Shown here: positions 55,588 to 64,000 of the stretch, piece by piece
How the letters are laid out: every line of letters starts with the position of its first letter
Position numbering within the stretch: the stretch's first letter is position 1
Source of the DNA: Candidatus Methylomirabilia bacterium
Lineage (GTDB): Bacteria > Methylomirabilota > Methylomirabilia > Rokubacteriales > CSP1-6
Direction: 5' to 3'
NCBI GenBank assembly: GCA_041496385.1
Contig: JBGQEL010000004.1
Span: forward strand, 32,001 to 96,000
DNA length: 64,000 bases
Translations under genes and position numbers: made by a program
The notes under the pieces: model-generated
Databases searched by the model: none
What the model saw: only the letters and a program-made list of their open reading frames with translations
What the model was told of the DNA's origin: nothing

Positions 55588-57295
55588 GGGCGATCTCCTC
55601 CTCGAGCTGCTGGATCCGCCAGAGGCGGGCGTAGAGCCCGCCCGCGGCCAGCAGCTCGGCGTGGCGGCCCGTCTCCAGCACGCGACCCTCCGCGAGCACG
55701 ACGATCCGGTCGGCGAGCTGGGCCGCGCGGAGCCGGTGCGTCATCAGGAGGACCGTCCGTCCCGACACGAACCGCCTGAGACTCCCCACGATCTCCTCCT
55801 CCTTCGCCGAGTCCACGGAGGCGAAGGCGTCGTCGAGGACCAGGATCGGCGGCGCGCCGGCGAGCGCCCGCGCGAGCGCCACGCGCTGGCGCTGGCCGCC
55901 GGAGAGCGTGAGCCCGCGCTCGCCGACGACGGTGTCGTACCCGGCGGGACACTGCTCGATCTCGCCGGCGACGCCCGCGGCCGCGGTCGCCGCGCGCACG
56001 CGCGCCTCGTCCACGCCCTCCCGGCCGAGCGCGACGTTCTCGCCAAGCGCGCGCGAGAAGAGGAAGCCCTCCTGCGGGACGTAGCCCACCATGGCGCGCA
56101 GCTCCTGGCGCCCGATCGCGGTCACATCGCGATCGCCGACGAAGGTCGTGCCGGGCGGCGGCTCCCAGAGCCGCGCCAGCAGGAGGCCGAGCGTGGATTT
56201 CCCGCTCCCGGTCGGTCCGACGATCGCGACGGTCTCCCCGGGGGCGACCGCAAAGCTCACGCTCGCGAGCGCCGGCGCCCGCCCCTCGTACGCGAACGTC
56301 AGGTCCTCGAACCTGATGCCAAACGCCCTCGCCGCCGCCGAGCCCGCCGCGGCCCCCGCCACCTCCGCGCCAACACTCCCCGCTCCGACAATCTCGTGGA
56401 TCCGCTGCATGGACGTCAGGCCGCGTCTGAGGATCGACAGCGTCCAGCCCAGCGCGATCGTCGGCCAGGTCAGATACGCGAGGTAGCCGTTGAACGCGAC
56501 GAGCGCGCCCAGGCTGAGCCGCCCCTCCACGACCGCCTTGCCGCCCGCCCAGAGGACGACGAGCGTCCCCACGCCGGCGATCAGCCCCATCAGGGGTGCG
56601 ACGGACGACTGCGTCCGGGCCAGCGCCAGGCTCCGGGCGAGATACTCGCCGTTCTCGCGGGCGAAATCCGCCGCGGCGCGCGGCTCGAGCGTGTAGGCCC
56701 GCACGACGGACATCCCGGCGATGTACTCCTGGACCTTGGCCGACAGCACGCCGAGCTGCTCCTGCGCCGCCTGGGCCCGCTCGTTCACGACGCTGTTGAA
56801 GCGCTTGACGAGGAAGACCAGCGCCGGGTACGGCGCCATCGCCCAGAGCGTCAGCCAGGGGTCCACGGCGAGCATCGCCCCGAGCGCACCGACGAACGCG
56901 AACGCGGTGCCGAAGAGGCTCACGGCGCCGAAGCCGACGAGCGCGCGCACGGCGGCGACGTCGCTCGAGGCGCGGGACATCAACTCTCCGGTCGGGTGGG
57001 TCGCGTAGAACGCCGGGGGGAACCCCTGCAGGCTCGCGTACAGGTCGTTGCGGAGATCGTACTCGATCCGCTGGCCGCCGCCGATGATCGCGAAACGCGA
57101 CCCGAGACGCGCGAGGCCGTTGGCGAGGGCCAGCGCGACGATCACGGCGACGTAGCGGCCGAGCCCGGCGGCGCCGGTCTCCGCGCGCAGGGCGTCGATC
57201 GCGCGCTGCACCGTCCAGGGAATCGCGAGCGAGGCCAGCGTCGCGGCCGCGAGGCAGAATGCGCCGGCGGCGTAGCGGGCGCGGTAGCGCGCCAC
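55580..57295 (-). CDS. ABC exporter, fused TMD-NBD (MdlA-like half, degenerate site)
   Basis: TGELMSR, GPTGSGKST, LSGGQRQR, LDDAFASVD; start uncertain (GTG 57295 or CTG 57328). Confidence 0.9.
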   Translation of the reverse strand: MARYRARYAAGAFCLAAATLASLAIPWTVQRAIDALRAETGAAGLGRYVAVIVALALANGLARLGSRFAIIGGGQRIEYDLRNDLYASLQGFPPAFYATHPTGELMSRASSDVAAVRALVGFGAVSLFGTAFAFVGALGAMLAVDPWLTLWAMAPYPALVFLVKRFNSVVNERAQAAQEQLGVLSAKVQEYIAGMSVVRAYTLEPRAAADFARENGEYLARSLALARTQSSVAPLMGLIAGVGTLVVLWAGGKAVVEGRLSLGALVAFNGYLAYLTWPTIALGWTLSILRRGLTSMQRIHEIVGAGSVGAEVAGAAAGSAAARAFGIRFEDLTFAYEGRAPALASVSFAVAPGETVAIVGPTGSGKSTLGLLLARLWEPPPGTTFVGDRDVTAIGRQELRAMVGYVPQEGFLFSRALGENVALGREGVDEARVRAATAAAGVAGEIEQCPAGYDTVVGERGLTLSGGQRQRVALARALAGAPPILVLDDAFASVDSAKEEEIVGSLRRFVSGRTVLLMTHRLRAAQLADRIVVLAEGRVLETGRHAELLAAGGLYARLWRIQQLEEEIARA

Positions 57296-57324
57296 GCGAC
57301 GCCAGAGGGCCCGGGCGGGAGACG

Positions 57325-58245
57325 TCAGCCGCGGCTCCCCGCGACGTGCGGCTTGAGTGCCCCGTACACCGCGAAGTTCGTCGGCACCGCGACGCCCAGG
57401 CGCTGCCCGAGCCGCACCGCGTGCCCGTGGAGAGCCTCGAGCTCGAGGCGCCGGCCCAGGCTCAGGTCCTGGGCGAGCGAAGCGCGGTTGCCCGGCGCGA
57501 TCCCGGCCGCGAGCTTCACGGTCTGGTCGACGATGTCGTCGGGCAGGCCGGCGCCGGCCGCGGCGCCGAGGGCGGCGACCTCCTCGACGATGCGCCGGAA
57601 CATCGCCCACGCCTCGGGGGTGTCGCGGACCACGCCGATCGGGCAGCGCGTGAGCGCGGTCATGCCGGCCACGGCACAGATGAGCACGTACTTCTCCCAG
57701 AGCGCGCGCCGGACGTTCGCCGTCAGCTCCACCGGAACCCCGGCGCGCTCGAACGCCCCGAGCAGGCGCTCGGCACGCACGCTCCGCCGTCCGTCCAGCT
57801 CGCCGAAGATGATCCGCCCGGCGAAGTGGTGCGCGATGACACCCGGGCGGTCGATGACCGCGAACACCTGGGCGACGCCGCCCAGCGCGTGCCCCGCGCC
57901 GAGCACCGCGTCGATCGTGTCCTCGTTGTCGACACCGTTCTGGAGCGAGAGCACCGCGGTCGCCGGGCCGACCACGGGCCGGAGCTGGCCGGCCGCGCGC
58001 TCGGTGTCGAACGACTTGACGCAGAACAGGACGACGTCGGCCGGCGGCAGGCCCCGCACGTCCTCGACGGCCTGCGGACGCACGACGGACTCCCCCTCGA
58101 TCGCCGACCGGATCGTGAGGCCGTCGCGCCGGATCGCCTCGAGGTGCTCGCCGCGGGCGACCAGCGTGACCGTCTCGCCGGCACGCAGCAGCTTCGCGCC
58201 GAAGAACCCGCCGACCCCACCGGCCCCCATGACCACGACGTGCAT
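57325..58245 (-). CDS. panE: 2-dehydropantoate 2-reductase family protein
   Basis: GAGGVGG, VKSFD, LQNGV, LWEKY, SLAQDL..GRRLELE. Confidence 0.88.
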   Translation of the reverse strand: MHVVVMGAGGVGGFFGAKLLRAGETVTLVARGEHLEAIRRDGLTIRSAIEGESVVRPQAVEDVRGLPPADVVLFCVKSFDTERAAGQLRPVVGPATAVLSLQNGVDNEDTIDAVLGAGHALGGVAQVFAVIDRPGVIAHHFAGRIIFGELDGRRSVRAERLLGAFERAGVPVELTANVRRALWEKYVLICAVAGMTALTRCPIGVVRDTPEAWAMFRRIVEEVAALGAAAGAGLPDDIVDQTVKLAAGIAPGNRASLAQDLSLGRRLELEALHGHAVRLGQRLGVAVPTNFAVYGALKPHVAGSRG

Positions 58246-58272
58246 GGCACGTATGATACATTGCGGACACGC

Positions 58273-59058
58273 ATGGCATCGCTCGAACGCCACGTGGCGA
58301 TCGACGCCGCGCGCGCCGCCGGCCAGCTCCTCGTGAGCGAGCTGGAGGGATCGAGGCGCATCGCATACAAGGGCACGCCCACCAACCTCGTCACCGAGAT
58401 GGACGCGCGCGCCGAGGACCTCATCGTGCGCCGCCTGGCCGCCGCGTTTCCCGATGACGCGATCCTCGCCGAGGAGCGCGGCGCCCAGGCCGGACGCTCG
58501 GGCCGGCGCTGGATCATCGACCCGCTCGACGGCACGACGAACTACGCGCACGGCATTCCCGTCTTCGGCGTCTCCATCGGGCTCGAGGTGGCCGGCCGCG
58601 TCGAGCTCGGTGTCGCCTTCGATCCGAACCGTGACGAGCTCTTCGTCGCCGAACCCGGAGGGGGCGCCACGCTCAACGGCCGGCGGCTCGCGGTGTCGTC
58701 GGCGGCGACGCTCCGCGAGAGCCTGCTGACCACCGGCTTCCCCTACAACGTCGCCGAGACGGCCGACAACAACCTGCGCGAGTACGCGGCCTTCGCCGTG
58801 CGCTCGCGCGGCGTGCGCCGCATGGGCTCGGCCGTGCTCGATCTCTGCTGGCTCGCCGCCGGCCGCTACGACGGCTTCTGGGAGCTCACGCTGGGCCCCT
58901 GGGACGTCGCGGCGGGCGGCCTGCTCGTCGAGGAGGCGGGCGGCCGCGTCACGAACCTGCGCGGCGGGCCGCTCGACATCGACGCGCCCACCCTCGTCGC
59001 GAGCAACGGCCGCATCCACGACGCGCTGCTCGCCGTGCTCGAGGAGGTCCGGGCCTGA
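58273..59058 (+). CDS. suhB: Inositol monophosphatase family protein
   Basis: LVTEMD, WIIDPLDGTTNY, RRMGSA, PWDVAAG. Confidence 0.92.
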   Translation: MASLERHVAIDAARAAGQLLVSELEGSRRIAYKGTPTNLVTEMDARAEDLIVRRLAAAFPDDAILAEERGAQAGRSGRRWIIDPLDGTTNYAHGIPVFGVSIGLEVAGRVELGVAFDPNRDELFVAEPGGGATLNGRRLAVSSAATLRESLLTTGFPYNVAETADNNLREYAAFAVRSRGVRRMGSAVLDLCWLAAGRYDGFWELTLGPWDVAAGGLLVEEAGGRVTNLRGGPLDIDAPTLVASNGRIHDALLAVLEEVRA

Positions 59059-59059
59059 C

Positions 59060-60439
59060 GTGCCGACCACCGCCTCGCGCCGCCTGGCCCGCTTCGTCCT
59101 CGGCCTCCGGCTGGACGACGTGCCGCAGCCAGTCGTGGCGAAGGCGACCCTGCTGGCGCTCGACACGCTCGGCAGCTGCCTGGCCTCGACCCGGTACGAC
59201 TTCGGCCGGGCGGTCCTGCGCACCGCCGAGCGTCTCGGCGGCCCCCCCGAGAGCACGCTCCTGGGCGGCACGGTCCGCGTGGCGGCGGCCAACGCCGTGC
59301 TCGCGAACGCCACGCTCGCGCACGGGCTGGACTTCGACGACACGCGCGAGGACGCGATCGTCCACACGGGCTCGGTCGCGGTCACGACCGCCGTCGCCGT
59401 CGGCGAGGCGCTCGGCGCCACCGGCCGCGCCGCGCTCGAGGCCGTGATCGCCGGCGTCGAGGTGATGTGCCGCGTCGGGCTCGCCGTTCCGGGCCGGTTC
59501 CACGCGCGCCACTACCACCCGACGTCGCTCACGGGGTCCTTCGCCGCCGCGGCCGTCGCCGGGAAGCTCCACGGCCTCACCGAGGACGAGCTCGTCCACG
59601 CGTTCGGCATCTGCGGCAGCCAGGCCGGAGGCATCATCGAGTACCTGGCCGACGGCTCGTGGACGAAGCGGCTCCATCCGGGCTGGGCGGCGCACGCCGG
59701 GGTCGTCGCTACCCTGCTCGCGCGGTTCGGCTTCTCCGGGCCCGGGACGGTCTTCGAGGGCGAGCACGGCTTCTATCGCGCGTTCGCGGGCGACTGGGAG
59801 CCGCTTCGGCTCGAGGCCCAGCTGGCCAGCCTCGGCCTCGTGTGGGAGCTCGAGCGACTCACGTTCAAGCCGTACCCGTGCGGCTCGATCGCGCATCCCT
59901 ACATGGACTGCGCGCTCCGTCTCCGCGAGCGCCACGGGCTCGTGCCCGATCAGATCGCGGACATCACGTGCCGTACCGCCGCGGGTCCGGTGCCGCGCCT
60001 CTGGGAGCCGCTGGCGGCGAAGCGCGCGCCGCAGAACGGCTACGCCGCCAAGTTCAGCCTGCCGTATCTGGTGGCGGTGATGCTGGTGAAGGGCCGCGCG
60101 GGGCTCGCCGAGTTCGAGGACGAGGCCGTGGGCGACGCGGCGGTGCGCGCCGTCGCGTCGCGCGTCGGCTACGAGCTGGATCCGAGCATCGACTACCCGC
60201 GCCAGTTCGTCGGCCACGTCAGCATCCGCGCGGCCGACGGGCGCGTGCTCGAGGAGCGCCAGGACCATCCGCGCGGCGGCGCCGACTTCCCGATGACCCG
60301 GGAAGAGCTCGAGGCGAAGTTCCGGGGCAACGCGGGCCTCGTGATGCCGGCCGAGCGGGCGGCGCTCGTGATCCGCGCCGTGGGCGCGCTCACGACCGGC
60401 GTCGGGCTCCACGGGCTGGTGGAGTCCCTCGCGGCATGA
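59060..60439 (+). CDS. MmgE/PrpD family protein
   Basis: AHGLDFDDT, HTG, KRLHPG, KPYPCG..AH, AKFSLPY. Confidence 0.92.
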   Translation: MPTTASRRLARFVLGLRLDDVPQPVVAKATLLALDTLGSCLASTRYDFGRAVLRTAERLGGPPESTLLGGTVRVAAANAVLANATLAHGLDFDDTREDAIVHTGSVAVTTAVAVGEALGATGRAALEAVIAGVEVMCRVGLAVPGRFHARHYHPTSLTGSFAAAAVAGKLHGLTEDELVHAFGICGSQAGGIIEYLADGSWTKRLHPGWAAHAGVVATLLARFGFSGPGTVFEGEHGFYRAFAGDWEPLRLEAQLASLGLVWELERLTFKPYPCGSIAHPYMDCALRLRERHGLVPDQIADITCRTAAGPVPRLWEPLAAKRAPQNGYAAKFSLPYLVAVMLVKGRAGLAEFEDEAVGDAAVRAVASRVGYELDPSIDYPRQFVGHVSIRAADGRVLEERQDHPRGGADFPMTREELEAKFRGNAGLVMPAERAALVIRAVGALTTGVGLHGLVESLAA

Positions 60440-60450
60440 AGGAGCGAACC

Positions 60451-61473
60451 ATGGGCATACGATGCCGTCGTCTCTCCGCGCTCGTCTGCGCGCTCGCCCT
60501 GCTCACCGGCCCGGCCTCGGCGCAGGACGCGCGCCTGGAGGCCGCGCGGAAAGAAGGCAAGGTCGTCTGGTACACGTCGCTCGCCCTCTCGAGCGCCGAG
60601 AAGGTCGCCCGGCTCTTCGAGGCCGCGTACCCGGGGATCAAGGTCGAGGTCCAGCGCACCGGCTCGCAGCGCATTCTCCAGCGGGTGATGCAGGAGCTCC
60701 AGGCGAACCTCAAGATCGTGGACGTCATTCACACTTCCGACGCCGGCCACTACGTGCTGCTCAAGGAGAAGAAGCTCCTGCTGAAGTACACGCCCGCCGG
60801 CGTGGACGCGTTCCCGCCGGGGTTCAAGGACCGGGACGGCTACTACTACGGCCTGCGCGCGACGGTCAACGTCATCGCCTACAACACCAAGCTCGTCCCG
60901 GCGAGCGAGGCGCCGCGGACCTGGAAGGATCTCCTCGATCCGAAGTGGCGGGGCAAGCTCGTCACGGCCCATCCCGGCTACAGCGGCGTCACCGCGACGC
61001 ACGTGCTGGCCCTCGTCCACCTCTACGGCTGGGACTACTTCAGGCAGCTCGCGCAGAACCGGCTCATGCTCGTGCAGTCCGCCGTGGATCCGTCGGGCGT
61101 CGTCGCCTCCGGCGAGCGGCCGGTCGCGGTGAACGGCGGCGACTACACTTTTTACCAGGTCAAGAAGAAGGGAAACCCGGTGGAGATGGTCTATCCGAGG
61201 GAAGGCGTGCCGCTCGTCGTCTCCCCCACCGCGATCGCCGCCGGGGCGCCGCATCCGAACGCCGCCCGGCTCTTCACCGACTTCACCTTCAGCAGGGAGA
61301 TCCAGCAGGTGCTGGCCGACACCGAGGGGCTCTACACCGGTCATCCCGGCGTGACGTACCCGGCCGACAAGCCCAAGCTCGGCGAGCTCAAGCTGCTCCA
61401 GGTGGACGCCGAGGAGCTCGAGAAACGGAACGAGGAGATCAAGACGCGGTTCGTGGAATTCTTCGGCGCGTAG
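60451..61473 (+). CDS. ABC transporter substrate-binding protein (Fe3+/polyamine/phosphonate cluster)
   Basis: Signal peptide, ARKEGKVVWYTS, PRTWKDLLDPKWRG, APHPNAARLF; AAGGAG SD (alternative ATG 60436). Confidence 0.88.
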   Translation: MGIRCRRLSALVCALALLTGPASAQDARLEAARKEGKVVWYTSLALSSAEKVARLFEAAYPGIKVEVQRTGSQRILQRVMQELQANLKIVDVIHTSDAGHYVLLKEKKLLLKYTPAGVDAFPPGFKDRDGYYYGLRATVNVIAYNTKLVPASEAPRTWKDLLDPKWRGKLVTAHPGYSGVTATHVLALVHLYGWDYFRQLAQNRLMLVQSAVDPSGVVASGERPVAVNGGDYTFYQVKKKGNPVEMVYPREGVPLVVSPTAIAAGAPHPNAARLFTDFTFSREIQQVLADTEGLYTGHPGVTYPADKPKLGELKLLQVDAEELEKRNEEIKTRFVEFFGA

Positions 61474-61480
61474 GCGCGGC

Positions 61481-63139
61481 GTGGATCGTTCCCTCCCGGT
61501 CTGGGTGCTCGCGGCGGTGGCCCTCGTCGTCCTGATGGCGCTGCCGCTCGGCTGGCTCGCGTACGTCAGCGTGAGCGGCGTGGAGGGGGCCACCCTCGCC
61601 CACTACCGGCGCGTGTTCACGGACCCACCCCTGCAGAAGGCCCTCTGGAACACCGTGGTGCTCGCCTTCTGGGTGGGCCTCGCGTCGCTCCTGCTCGGCG
61701 CGCCGATGGCCTGGCTCACGGCGCGGACCGATTTGCCTGGCACGCGACTGATCCGCGGCCTCATCCTGGCGTCGTTCGTGACGCCGCCGTTCCTCGGCGC
61801 CTTCGCGTGGGTCATGCTGGCGGGCCCCAATGCCGGCCTGCTCAACAAGATCTACCGGAGTCTGACCGGCGCCGACGAGCCGCTCGTCAACGTGTTCAGC
61901 ATGCCGGGGCTGATCTTCGTCGTCTCGATCTACACGTTCCCCTATGTCTTCATCATGATCGCCAACACCCTGGAGCTGATCGCCTCCGACCTCGAGGAAG
62001 CGGCGTCGATCCTGGGCGCCGGCCGGCTCCGCGTCGCGCTGACCGTGACGCTCCCGATGGTCCTGCCCGCGATCGCCAGCGGGTTCATCCTGGCCGTCCT
62101 CCAGGCGCTGGCGCTCTTCGGCTCGCCCGCCATTCTGGCGCTGCCGGCCGGGTTCCACACGATCACGACGCAGATCTGGGCCATGTTCCAGTACCCGCCG
62201 AAGGTCGAGATGGCCGCGGCGTTCTCGGTGCCGCTGTTCCTGGCGACAGCACTGCTCCTGCTGCTCCAGAAGCGCCTCCTCGGACGGCGCGGCTACGCGA
62301 CGGTCGGCGGCAAGGGCGGCCAGCGGCGACGGCTCCCGCTCGGTCCCTGGCGCTGGCCGGCCCTGGCCGGCTGCCTGGCCGTCATGGCGTGCTCGATCTT
62401 CCTGCCCTACGCCATCCTGGCCAAGGCCGCGGCCGCCCGCGCCTGGGCCCAGCCCCTGACGCTCGACAACCTCACGCTCGGGAATCTGGCACTCACCTTC
62501 GGGCACGACGGCACCCGCGCCGCGATCTGGAACACGCTGGAGCTCGGCGTCATGACGGCCTGCGTGGGCGCGGGGCTGGCCGCGCTGCTCGCGTACACCG
62601 CGAACCGGCGTCTCATCCCGGGTCATCAGTTCCTGGCGTTCCTGACGCTGGCGCCCGTGGCCATCCCGGGTATCGTGCTGGCCGTCGCGCTCTTCGTCGC
62701 GTATACGCGGCCGCCCCTCATGCTCTACGGCAGCCTCTGGATCCTCTTCGTCGCGTACCTGACGAAGGAGCTGCCCGTCGGCTACTCGCAGTCGGACGCC
62801 ACGTTCAAGGGCATCCATCCCGAGCTGGAGGAAGCCGGGCGCATCCTGGGCGCCGGGCGGCTGCGGGTGCTCGCCGAGATCACGGCGCCCCTGGCCCGGA
62901 GCGGTATCATCGCCACCTGGTGCTTCGTGTTCATCGGCGTGATCCGCGAGCTGTCGGCCTCCATCATCCTCTTCACGCCCAACACGAAGGTCCTCTCGGT
63001 CGTGATCTTCGACCTGAAGGAAGAAGGCCAGTTCGGCGCCATCGCCGTCCTGGGCATCTTCATGCTCGCCATGACCTTCGCGGTCGTCGTGGCGATGCAG
63101 AAGCTGCTCGGCCGGGACTTCGTCTCGGTCAAGGAGTGA
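61481..63139 (+). CDS. ABC transporter permease (FbpB-like, duplicated)
   Basis: Two EAA loops (LEEAASILGA, LEEAGRILGA), many TM segments. Confidence 0.92.
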   Translation: MDRSLPVWVLAAVALVVLMALPLGWLAYVSVSGVEGATLAHYRRVFTDPPLQKALWNTVVLAFWVGLASLLLGAPMAWLTARTDLPGTRLIRGLILASFVTPPFLGAFAWVMLAGPNAGLLNKIYRSLTGADEPLVNVFSMPGLIFVVSIYTFPYVFIMIANTLELIASDLEEAASILGAGRLRVALTVTLPMVLPAIASGFILAVLQALALFGSPAILALPAGFHTITTQIWAMFQYPPKVEMAAAFSVPLFLATALLLLLQKRLLGRRGYATVGGKGGQRRRLPLGPWRWPALAGCLAVMACSIFLPYAILAKAAAARAWAQPLTLDNLTLGNLALTFGHDGTRAAIWNTLELGVMTACVGAGLAALLAYTANRRLIPGHQFLAFLTLAPVAIPGIVLAVALFVAYTRPPLMLYGSLWILFVAYLTKELPVGYSQSDATFKGIHPELEEAGRILGAGRLRVLAEITAPLARSGIIATWCFVFIGVIRELSASIILFTPNTKVLSVVIFDLKEEGQFGAIAVLGIFMLAMTFAVVVAMQKLLGRDFVSVKE

Positions 63140-63149
63140 GGCGGGCGCG

Positions 63150-64000
63150 ATGCCCGGCGTGAGGCTCGAGGGGCTGACCAAGCGGTACGGCGACGTGGCC
63201 GCGGTGGACGGACTCGATCTCCACGTGCAGCCCGGCGAGCTGGTCTCGCTCCTCGGACCCTCGGGCTGCGGCAAGACGACGACGCTCCGCCTGGTCGCCG
63301 GATTTCTCCGGCCGGAGGCCGGCGAGATCCACGTGGGCGAGCGCTGCCTGTCCTCGGTGACCGCCGTGGTCCCGCCCGAGCGCCGGCGGATGGCGATGAT
63401 CTTCCAGAGCTACGCCCTCTGGCCCCACATGACGGTGGCGCAGAACGTCGGCTACGGTCTCCGCTTCAGGGCGGGCACGTCGAAGGCCGACCGCCAGGCT
63501 CGCGTGACCGAGATGCTGCGCGTGGTTCAGCTCGCCGGCTACGAGTCACGCTACCCGGGAGAGCTGTCGGGCGGCCAGCAGCAGCGCGTCGCGGTGGCGC
63601 GCGCCCTCGTCGTCGAGCCCGAGATCCTCCTCCTCGACGAGCCTCTGAGCAATCTCGATGCAAACCTGCGGGAAGAAATGCGCTTCGAGATCAGGAGGCT
63701 CCACGAGACCTTCGGCATCACCACGCTGTACGTGACTCACGATCAGGCCGAGGCGATGGTGATCTCGGACCGCGTCGCCGTCCTGCACCGCGGCCGCGTC
63801 GCCCAGGTCGGAAGCGCCGAGGATCTCTTCCAGCGGCCGCGGACCCGCTTCGTCGCCGAGTTCGTCGGCAGGACCAACCTCCTGGACGGTGTGGCGGCCG
63901 CGGCGGACGTCGTCGCGCGCGGCAGCCTGCGGCTTCGGGTGGCCGCCGGCGGGTTCGCGCCCGGATCCGATGTCGTCCTCTCGATCCGACCTCACCAGAT
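63150..64000 (+). CDS. ABC transporter ATP-binding protein (PotA/FbpC-like), runs off the window end
   Basis: Read directly: [55 protein letters not shown]. Confidence 0.92.
   Translation, partial: MPGVRLEGLTKRYGDVAAVDGLDLHVQPGELVSLLGPSGCGKTTTLRLVAGFLRPEAGEIHVGERCLSSVTAVVPPERRRMAMIFQSYALWPHMTVAQNVGYGLRFRAGTSKADRQARVTEMLRVVQLAGYESRYPGELSGGQQQRVAVARALVVEPEILLLDEPLSNLDANLREEMRFEIRRLHETFGITTLYVTHDQAEAMVISDRVAVLHRGRVAQVGSAEDLFQRPRTRFVAEFVGRTNLLDGVAAAADVVARGSLRLRVAAGGFAPGSDVVLSIRPHQ

Noticed and set aside
58245..58264. TGGCACG...TTGC resembling a sigma-54 promoter before suhB
   Set aside because: Spacing is N9 rather than the required N4 between TGGCACG and TTGC

Overview
Very GC-rich bacterial chromosomal window, almost fully coding and made mainly of housekeeping genes. 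The gene content (LPS/Kdo/Lpt genes, sigma-54, several LLM, MmgE/PrpD and ABC genes) resembles Candidatus Rokubacteria/Methylomirabilota, but that assignment is inference only. From 1 to 36.7 kb nearly every gene is on the minus strand (nrdJ, cytochrome c, ppx, HNH, uvrB, uvrC, leuS, lptE, holA, murJ, xerD, a CBS-domain tRNA nucleotidyltransferase, pyrG, kdsA, kdsD, lptCAB, rpoN, rapZ, GH57, PGI/PMI, metK, ahcY, UPF0182); only rpsT is on plus. The rest holds a TolC-MacAB-type exporter, a second inverted TolC paralogue, redox and repair genes, a heterodimeric ABC exporter and a PrpD/ABC uptake cluster. I saw no rRNA, tRNA, CRISPR array, prophage or IS. Signals the ORF track misses: (1) a peroxiredoxin split by an in-frame UGA at the peroxidatic position (UxxC, SECIS-like hairpin), i.e. 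a probable selenoprotein, coupled to an archaeal-type UPF0282 hydrolase; (2) a frameshift in the class II ribonucleotide reductase nrdJ; (3) tandem NrdR boxes plus four phased DnaA-box-like nonamers upstream of nrdJ; (4) a sigma-54 site overlapping a sigma-70-type promoter in front of the operon that encodes rpoN itself; (5) a Rex/CRP-type operator at a cytochrome c gene; (6) recurrent leaderless and bidirectional promoter architecture. All family assignments come from recognising motifs by eye; no database search was run.
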